A DNA stretch of 64,000 bases from an uncultured Methanosarcinaceae archaeon (GTDB lineage: Archaea > Halobacteriota > Methanosarcinia > Methanosarcinales > Methanosarcinaceae), in assembly GCA_963833425.1 (NCBI GenBank), contig CAWHXP010000006.1, forward strand, positions 111,031 through 175,030. Direction: 5' to 3'. How positions within the stretch are numbered: the stretch's first letter is position 1; each line of letters begins with the position of its first letter. The notes beneath the pieces were generated by a model. The model was not told the DNA's origin, made no database searches, and saw only the letters and a list, made by a program, of their open reading frames with translations. A program made the translations under genes and the position numbers. Below are positions 56,109 to 64,000 of this stretch, piece after piece.

Positions 56109-56870
56109 TTAGGTACCCTTCAAGAAAATAAACTCTTTATCAAATAATGACCAGAAATTAAACTTTGAATTATCTATACTGAATTTGAAAGCCTTCCTTC
56201 CACTACTGCTTATTAGCGTGTCTCCATTTCTCACATAATTTGTATCCGTTTCTTCTTCCATTTTTAACCCTTTGATCTTGTCAAGGAGTCCACCGGCTTC
56301 TCTGTCTTTCCTACCAACTAAGGCTCGTCTCACACTTTGATATTCAATGTCTGTATAACTTGATATGTCATTAATTGTGCATTTCCCTTTACTTGCTATA
56401 TATGAATTATCTGTCTCTCATTTTCGTTCATTTTTGTTACTGTATTTTCTTTTTGAAATTCGAATAATCGTCTTGCTCTTTCAAAGCCTTCAATCTCAGC
56501 TAGTAAATATTCACCGTCTTCAAAGGTTCTCTGCTTCCATTTGAAGGCAGCAAAACCCCGGACCATTAAGGAACATTGGAAATATACGTGAATTACTTGT
56601 ATCCTGAAGGTCTATCCTATCCACATAGGGTATTTTAACCTTAAATAAATTCTGTTTAAGTGCTCCATAAATTCGTCTGCATATAAGTACTTCAGTGTTT
56701 ATCTACTGGCCATTTTCACCGTTCGCAGCTTCGTTTTTTTGTGCATCAAATATCCTTTCTGCTTCTTCTTCTGCCTGCTGGATAAGTTCGGGGCTTAAGT
56801 CCATTTCATCATAGTCTATATTTATGAGATTATCTTTTTGAGCTTCTGGCTCAGGTTTCTTCTGGCTAAC
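56109..56870 (-). pseudogene. Longest remnant of the rep-like gene (helicase/primase-type C-terminal region)
   Basis: Broken frames read ICRRIYGALKQNLFKVKIPYVDRIDLQDTSNSRIFPMF...FAAFKWKQR...LLAEIEGFERARRLFEFQKENTVTKMNENERQI...wHTH; internal deletions; function inferred. Confidence 0.6.
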
Positions 56871-57016
56871 TATCCTGTTTTTTCAACTAGCTCTTTTGAG
56901 TAGCCATATGCTCCAAAATATACCATGTGCCCGGCAGCCAGAAACTCTTTGCCAAAAGCAAGGCAACGATTCGTGTGCCCAAGTCCTTCTCCGCATATAA
57001 GAATTAAAAATTTCAT
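56870..57016 (-). pseudogene. Truncated GT-B glycosyltransferase (MJ1255-like N-terminus)
   Basis: MKFLILICGEGLGHTNRCLAFGKEFLAAGHMVYFGAYGYSKELVEKTG*; sequence then switches to the rep-like remnant. Confidence 0.8.
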
Positions 57017-57674
57017 CTTATCATCTTAGCCTCTAATGCTCTCTATTCTCTCTACAGCTGTCTATTTACTGGATATCCCATAAAATTTATTTTAGGAATC
57101 GACAGGAAGTAAACGTTATATTTTTCAAAAAATGAAAAGAAGATATTGAGGCACTGTTTAATTTATAAAAAAAAGTAGCATAGGATTTTGGGTTTTAGAG
57201 ATGTTCGAACTTTTCTGGTTTGTTCATATATATTTTCAGGTCTGTTCGTATTATTCTTGTCCCAAACTACTAAATGTAATCTAACTATAATGCCCACTTT
57301 TTCTATATATATTTTTCCTATCCATATCTATAAATATATTAAATGTTGTTATTTAATTTGCTAACAATATTTCCCCAGTTTCATTTACATTTCATGTTTA
57401 CTCTTTTCAGGCTAAGCCAAATAAATAACTTATTGAGGCTTTATTTTCACTTTTACCCGATTTCATTCCTTTTCCATTGGTGTTCTTTTTCTAATTTAAA
57501 ATTAGTATCTATATTTTCCATAGAAATCAATTTACTTTTCCAAATTTTAAGTAATTTCAAAAAATATCTTTTCTAATAAAAAAATCTATATATAAATCCT
57601 TCATTCTTTAGATTGAATAAGAATTTTTGAAGTCTTAGATTACAAAAAACTTCTGTATAAAAAGGTAGTGTTTT

Positions 57675-58673
57675 ATGAGAGATGAACCAGGAAACAATAC
57701 AAAAATAACTGTAAGCTCAGAGGTTGCAGAAGCTCTTCGTCATGAAGGATGGAAAAAAATGGATTTACATGTACATTCTTCCTGTTCCTACGATGTTCCT
57801 CCAGTTCAGACAATGCAACCTACGGTTCTTTTTGAAAAAGCAAAGGAGCAAGAACTCAATTTTGTTACTTTTACAGATCATGATACTATCAAAGCATACG
57901 ATCTGCTCGGTTGGGATAGAGAAGGACTGGTTCCTGGTGTTGAGATTACAATTAAAGATCCAGAAAGGACAGGACACACTGTTCACATTAACGTCTTTGA
58001 GCTTGATTCCGAAGAGTTCGGAGATCTTGAGACTATTGCAAGCCAGGAACATGACTTCAAAAGCTTTATTCGTTATCTCAGGACTCATAACATGCCCTAT
58101 ATATATAACCATCCATTCTGGTTTGCTATTGGAGATTACCCAAATTTATGGGCTATACCTGAGCTATTACAGAAGTTTCCTGTTGTCGAATACAACATTC
58201 AGGACCTGACGGAGAAAAACCTCATTACTGAAACACTTGCCAAGAGGTATGGAAAAGGAATTGTTGCAACTACGGACAGTCATACAGGAGGAATGGGAGC
58301 TGTCTATACACTAGCAAAAGGGGATACCTTTAAAGAATGTTTTGAAAACATCAAAAAAGGAAACTCCTATATTGTAGTTGAAGGAGTAACCAACCGACAT
58401 TTGACAAAAGAATTGAGTTCCTGGATCGAGCTTGTTTTTTCTATGGATAGGCAGTTACGAGAAGATTTGAACTTCACTACTAACATCTTGAGTTTTGATA
58501 GAGCAATACGGCTCTTTGCAAACGAGAAGGTTAGAAAATTTCCAAAAATTAACAGCCTTACAAAGCAGTTTTTTCAAAATTTCTCTAAATCTGGGTTTCC
58601 TGCTTACATGTATATGAGATCTGAAAAGCGCCTTGTATCCAAGATAGAGAAGATAATGAACCTGATAGCATGA
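57675..58673 (+). CDS. PHP domain metal-dependent phosphoesterase
   Basis: DLHVHS, TDHD, PGVE, NHP and TDSH motifs. Confidence 0.88.
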   Translation: MRDEPGNNTKITVSSEVAEALRHEGWKKMDLHVHSSCSYDVPPVQTMQPTVLFEKAKEQELNFVTFTDHDTIKAYDLLGWDREGLVPGVEITIKDPERTGHTVHINVFELDSEEFGDLETIASQEHDFKSFIRYLRTHNMPYIYNHPFWFAIGDYPNLWAIPELLQKFPVVEYNIQDLTEKNLITETLAKRYGKGIVATTDSHTGGMGAVYTLAKGDTFKECFENIKKGNSYIVVEGVTNRHLTKELSSWIELVFSMDRQLREDLNFTTNILSFDRAIRLFANEKVRKFPKINSLTKQFFQNFSKSGFPAYMYMRSEKRLVSKIEKIMNLIA

Positions 58674-58879
58674 GATTATTGCAAAAAAAGGCCGGTGGTA
58701 CATTAAGGGGATTAAATTTTGAATATGCCCACCAAGTTCATAGGGGTAACTTTGATTCAGGACTAATACTTCATGGTTACACACATTCTTTTTTTTGCAA
58801 AATCAAGAATTTTTAATTACTTTTGCTCAATTCACCCATCAATACAGGGAACGATAACAGTATTATAAAACGATGTTCT

Positions 58880-59180
58880 CATTCCTTTGATGTACACTGA
58901 CCAGGATAATAATTACGATAATTATAGTATCTGTGACGTCACCGCGAAAAAGAAAGTCCGGATGCAAAAATGAGAATATGAGTAATTAAACTCTTAAATT
59001 TGGAAAGCAGGATTTTGAGGGCGCTGGTAGTTTTTTTGGTTTAAGGATATTAGCTCCATACCTATTAAGACGTTCACAGACTTCTGAATTTTTCAGGCCA
59101 TCAGTTGTTGTTTGGAGTTTTGTCAACATATCGGATGTAGAAATACTCCAGAATTCGAGCTTATTCTCATCATTGACCAA
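58880..59180 (-). pseudogene. P-type ATPase (MgtA-like) N-terminal fragment
   Basis: FWSIS...LQTTTDGL...EVCERLNRYGAN.L cation-ATPase N-terminus, then a frameshift and truncation. Confidence 0.7.
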
Positions 59181-59292
59181 TATGCAGTCCCCTCATTTCT
59201 GTCCCATCACTTATATATATTTTTTAGGTATCCGAAATTTTAGGATTTGACAAGTTCATATCCTTTGCTCTTTATTTCGTACTTTTTATAAT

Positions 59293-60975
59293 TTAAAGGT
59301 AAGCGCGTATAACATAACGGCGCATCATTCTGTGGCTGTTGAAATAATAAGCTATCATGCCTATAGAGTTTTTAATAAGCTGGAACCACTCGTCTTTTCG
59401 ATCATAGTACATAGGGACGATGATATAGTAGAGTTTATTGTAAATGTCGTTAATTTCAGCGATTCTAGTCTCTTCCTCAGAAAAGCTCTCTTGGGGCTGT
59501 GGCCCAATCGCCCAACCCGTTATATTTTCGATCCATCCTTCTATCCACCAGCCGTCGAGCACACTGAAATTCACTACTCCGTTATGAGCAGCCTTCATAC
59601 CGCTTGTACCAGATGCTTCAAAGGGACGGATAGGAGTATCTAACCAGATGTCAACTCCAGAAACCATTTTTGTGGCCAGGTTCATGTTGTAATTTTCCAG
59701 AAAAACAATTTTTATTTCGTTTGTAAGTTCCCCTATATTTTTGAAAATGTTCTTGATAATCTGTTTTCCAACTCCATCACTAGGATGGGCTTTACCTGCA
59801 AAAATAAGCTGAATTTTGCCTCTCTTGTTTACTTTTCTTAGCATCTCAAGGTCGGAGAAAATCAATTCTGCACGCTTATATTCTGTCATACGACGTGCAA
59901 AACCTATCGTGAGGCTTTCGTTATCCATACCCACACTTGTTCTTCTGTTTACCTCATCGATCAATACCTTTTTTGCACTCCAGTGTGCTTCCCATATCTC
60001 AGTTTCTGGGATTACCCCTACTCTCACCAAAAGTTCAGGCTCATTTGCCCAACCAGGGAGGTAGCGATCATAAAGTGTCCTGAAATAAGGAGAAGTCCAT
60101 GTATAAGAATGGACACCGTTAGTGACATACCGGATTTTGTAACCTGGAAAGAGTTCGTTTGAGATCATGCTGTGTCGCTTTGTGACTCCATTTACATAAT
60201 CTGACAGGTTCAGAGCAAAAATGCTTGTATTAAATAGATTCTCTCCGCCAAACTTCCTAAGGATGTCAATATCTTTCTGATCACGGATCAAATCTTCTAC
60301 GAGCTCATAATCGAACTTATCATGCCCTGCTTCCACAGGAGTATGGGTAGTAAAAATACAGAGTTCTTTTACTTTCGTTGAATCTGTGCTATTCTGTCTC
60401 AGAAGTTCCAAGGCAAGCAAGCTTGAATGCCCTTCATTCATATGGTACTTTCTGACCTTGAAACCCAGTGCCTTAAGCATTCTTACTCCACCTATTCCAA
60501 GCACTATTTCTTGCTCGAGTCTGTAACTTAGATCTCCTCCGTAGAGAAAATCCGTAATCCTACGGTCCTCCTGTTCATTACCTTCAACGTCAGTATCGAG
60601 AAAAATTATAGGCACAGAGTCTCCAGTGAGGCTTTTGCAAATATACATCCAGGCTCTGATTTTAACCTCCCTATTCCGAATTTTTACACTTACCACTTCT
60701 GTAAGAATAGTCATGAAAACTGCAGGATTCCACTCTTCAGTATGCTCTATCTGATTTCCAGAAGGATCGAGAATCTGCTTGAAATACCCTCTATTATTTA
60801 TTAGAGTCACTGCAACCAGTGGAACCTTCAAGTCTGCAGCAGAGAGGATAAAATCCCCGGCAAGAACTCCTAATCCTCCAGCATAGGTTGGAATTTCACT
60901 TCGAAGTCCTATTTCCATAGAAAAATACGCGATTTTTTGTCCATCCGCTACTCCCTCAAGAGCATACATTATCAA
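59293..60975 (-). CDS. glgP: Alpha-glucan (glycogen/starch) phosphorylase
   Basis: AYFSMEIG, YAGGLGVLAGD, HMNEGH, TNGVH, FARR, EASGTSGMK PLP-lysine motif. Confidence 0.95.
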   Translation of the reverse strand: MIMYALEGVADGQKIAYFSMEIGLRSEIPTYAGGLGVLAGDFILSAADLKVPLVAVTLINNRGYFKQILDPSGNQIEHTEEWNPAVFMTILTEVVSVKIRNREVKIRAWMYICKSLTGDSVPIIFLDTDVEGNEQEDRRITDFLYGGDLSYRLEQEIVLGIGGVRMLKALGFKVRKYHMNEGHSSLLALELLRQNSTDSTKVKELCIFTTHTPVEAGHDKFDYELVEDLIRDQKDIDILRKFGGENLFNTSIFALNLSDYVNGVTKRHSMISNELFPGYKIRYVTNGVHSYTWTSPYFRTLYDRYLPGWANEPELLVRVGVIPETEIWEAHWSAKKVLIDEVNRRTSVGMDNESLTIGFARRMTEYKRAELIFSDLEMLRKVNKRGKIQLIFAGKAHPSDGVGKQIIKNIFKNIGELTNEIKIVFLENYNMNLATKMVSGVDIWLDTPIRPFEASGTSGMKAAHNGVVNFSVLDGWWIEGWIENITGWAIGPQPQESFSEEETRIAEINDIYNKLYYIIVPMYYDRKDEWFQLIKNSIGMIAYYFNSHRMMRRYVIRAYL

Positions 60976-61967
60976 ATTCCTCTTTTCTTTATTTTAGGTC
61001 ATGTTCTATTATTTGATCATTTTATAACGACGACATGATCAATTTTACATTCAAGTATCATAAGACCAGTTTTCTTGGTAGTTTGCCTCAATCACTCTTT
61101 GGAAAATATTTCCCAAATCCAAAAGGGATTTTTTTAAACTTTAAGTGAATAAAAATTAAGATTAAGAGGATAACGACCTTTAAGGCGCTGACTTAGGAAA
61201 GCACCTCTCTGGTTGATTTTCCTTATAGATCATCTTAAGCATTTTTCCTTGAACTTTTTAATTTCTTACTGGTTTATCGATATGCACCCAAGTTTAATCA
61301 CAATGTTCTGTCCTTTCACACTCAAAAAAAGTTGTTGGATTCCTTTATGAGTCCTGAGGGTTATTCATTAGTTTTTTATAACTTTTTTGTTGTTTTATAC
61401 CCACTCTTTTTAATAAATATCAATAAATTAGCTATCTATCTATATTTATTTTTTTCATATTAATGTATGATCTAAAAGACTGATATATTAATATTTCCTG
61501 CATACACAATATATAACTATATATGTAAATAAAGTATTTATTCAAAATGAGACATGTTATATACAATATAAAACACGTATAAAATAGAAGCTATATTCTG
61601 AAAGAGTTTTAACTTTATTAAGTGATTGATGTGGAGCTCATAGGCATCTGGAACTGATTTAATCTAAACCACGTCAGAAATAGAAAATATCAGAAAAAGA
61701 AATGTTGGATATCAGTAAAATAGCAATCCTTATCCCAAGAAGTTGCTGTCAGGTCCGTGAAATTAGGGCCACTTAAATTTGATACTAATTAGTAAAGTTA
61801 TTGCTATTTTAAAATGGATATATAAATATATAAATATCATGTTCAGATAATATATCAGGATTCTTAAATGCACTATGCCATAGATCCCTAAATAAAATGA
61901 TTTAGTGTAGCTATTGTATCTGAAAGTAAAAATTACCAAGGAGCTCTCCGACAGATAGTCTAACAGT

Positions 61968-62085
61968 CTGCAGGTACATCTTTCCTGCAGCTTATAAGAT
62001 CTACTTTTTTGGTAAGTCATTGATGACCATAAGGCCTCAGTTAGTCATTGCTGTTGTCATTTCAAGGATTTAGATTCCATATCTC
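61968..62085 (+). ncRNA. Core of the repeated hairpin element, copy 4 (outside the array)
   Basis: CTGCAGG/CCTGCAG stem 61968-61990, then CTTATAAGATCTACTTTTTTGGTA; no clear TATA. Confidence 0.35.
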
Positions 62086-62853
62086 TAAGATACCCATGTG
62101 AGATCAGAGAGATTCAGAATCTCAAGGATCGAGAATGACGGCAACCTTTCAAATAAAAAAATTCCTATTTTTCAGATTTTACGCTCGAATTTCATAGAAT
62201 TCTTACCATTCAGGAAATAAAAATCGCAACATTTTGGTTTCTTTTAGTTGTTATACTGATTTGAGTAAAAGCTATGTATTTTCTTCAAATTGAGGTAATA
62301 ATGTCCTCAAATCTTGGCTAAAATGTTTGAGAAATAAAATTTCAAGGCAACGTGGAATTTTTTAAGAAAAATCACAAATCTCAAGAAATTAGTGGGTAGA
62401 TGATTCCATGTATGAAGATCTAATTACATACAGTTATACTAAAATTTAACTTTGAATTTATTATAAATTTGCGACACTGCCAACTTTAACTGAGAAATAA
62501 ATAGCATAAACCTTAAATTGTCTCAATAGTAAAATTGACAATATTATCTGTGCACTTGTCTTTATACTCTATACTCAAATGTGTCAATTCTACCAACTTT
62601 TAACTTTTTACCTACTGGCTAATTCTCATTTAGTCTTTCAGAATATAACTTTGATATTAGATACAATATGTGATAATATATAGTATTTTTTACTTTTACT
62701 AAATACTTTATTCAGATATATGCCTATATAGGATATGATGGGATTATTTATATTTTATAATTATATTGCAGAGTAAATAAAAGTATAGATAACAAACTAA
62801 ATATCAATATATTTATACATATTATGAAATTATTTAAAAGGAGTATATGTAAT

Positions 62854-63734
62854 ATGGCAAAGAAATTTACAAATAATATAATCTTCATATTACTAGCCAT
62901 TGGGCTTATTGTTCTGGGAATTGGATGTAGTTTAGCGGCTCCTGAGCAGAAAGCTACTTCATCTCAAGCACAGAGCATTTCTGTTAAAGGCTCTGATTCA
63001 GTTCTGCCTCTTGCACAGGCTGAAGCGGAAGAATTTTTGAAAGAAAACTCCGGAAAAAGCGTCTCAGTTACTGGAGGCGGATCTGGCGTTGGAATTGCAG
63101 CTCTAATTGATAAGCAAGTAGACATTGCTACTGCATCCAGAAAAATGACAACTGACGAAATCAAAAAGGCTAACGAAAATGGAGTCAACCCATTAAAGAA
63201 TGTAATTGCTTATGACGGCATTACAGTGGTTGTAAATCCCAAGAATCCTGTTTCAAAACTTACCTTAAACCAACTGTGCGGTATCTATGATGGGAGTATC
63301 AGTAACTGGAAGCAAGTTAGTGGTGAGGATAAACCAATTTCCGCGATTTCTAGGGACAGCAGTTCTGGAACTTATGCAGACTTCAAGAACGATGTTTTGC
63401 TCGGGGATGAATACAGACCTGATGCGCTTACACAAGCTACTACGGGAGGCATAGTCAGTGAAGTATCTCAAAACCCTAACGCAATCGGGTACATTGGCTT
63501 TGCATACGTCGATAAAGACATAAAGGTCTTAAGTCTGGATCACGGAAAAGGCCCTGTGTTCCCAACTCCTCAAACCATTCGAAGTGGTGAATACCCACTC
63601 TTTAGAACTCTCCAGATCTATACAGATGGGGAACCAAAAAAGGTACTCTAACAAAAGAATTCAGTGACTTTATGTTCAGCCAGAAAGGGCAGGATATTGT
63701 GAGTAAAGTTGGGTACATCCCACTGAAGAATTAA
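62854..63734 (+). pseudogene. pstS: Phosphate-binding protein PstS, frameshifted near the C-terminus
   Basis: KGSDSV, GGSGVG, RDSSSGTY; frame breaks in the A-run at ~63636-63641; the alternative frame continues GTLTKEFSDFMFSQKGQDIVSKVGYIPLKN*. Confidence 0.85.
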
Positions 63735-63758
63735 AAACTAAAAAATTTCAAAAGGAAA

Positions 63759-63825
63759 ATGTTTTGAACTTCGAAAAGGAAATATCTATTGAAACAGTGC
63801 TTTTCTCAGTCAGCACCTTAAAGAT
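63759..63825 (+). pseudogene. Possible 5' stub of phosphate permease PstC
   Basis: Position right after pstS; reads (L)NFEKEISIETVLFSVSTL and then loses permease character. Confidence 0.4.
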
Positions 63826-64000
63826 TGGTATTCTCCCCTCATATTATTTTTTTAAGTTAGTGCAGCTAATTTTTCTTTTCAACCAATCTCTTCTGAATTT
63901 TTCACGGACGATTCTTATATATTTTCTAGAAGCTAACTTGAATTGGCTGACGTTAGAAGGGCTCATCTATTAGTGCTCTCTACTTCCTAGTTATAATCTA

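Larger units (their letters stand above)
31615..56870 (-). mobile_element. Array of decayed satellite-like integrated elements (rep-ori-terS backbone) with cargo genes
   Basis: Recurring same-orientation terS-like x4, iteron element x4, rep remnants x3, hairpin element x3; boundaries approximate. Confidence 0.7.

Noticed and set aside
31300..57100. Integrase, tRNA target or att direct repeats for the array
   Set aside because: None recognisable by eye; boundaries remain approximate
62200..62480. TTTGCGACACTG as an IS terminal repeat
   Set aside because: No partner end or transposase found in the window

Overview
AT-rich archaeal chromosome segment, almost certainly Methanosarcina or Methanosarcinaceae, judged from the ahb heme pathway, rpl44e-rps27e-aIF2a-nop10-PAC2, priS-GINS, pyrBI and cbiDE. 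Bases 1-30 kb are mostly housekeeping genes, with a ~570-bp fold-back palindrome, a dead IS6 (8-bp TSD) and an IS5-family remnant. The most notable part is ~31.6-56.9 kb: a same-orientation array of decayed copies of one mobile backbone. It contains four small-terminase-like genes or remnants, four ~0.3-0.5-kb elements with inverted 10-11-bp-phased TTCCC/GGGAA iterons (three directly downstream of remnants of a rep-like gene) and three copies of a TATA-hairpin-U-tract sRNA-like element (a fourth core lies at 62 kb). These parts are interleaved with mostly intact cargo of varied composition: a GC-rich 585-aa protein, EamA, a LIV-type ABC transporter, TPR, MFS-PstS, a secreted metallophosphoesterase and an Mth938-like protein. 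The rep-ori-small genes-terS layout resembles bacterial PICI/SaPI satellites, suggesting an archaeal satellite-like gene-capture array. That reading is inference; no integrase, att site or tRNA was seen. The right end has PHP, glgP and decayed mgtA and pstS/pstC genes.
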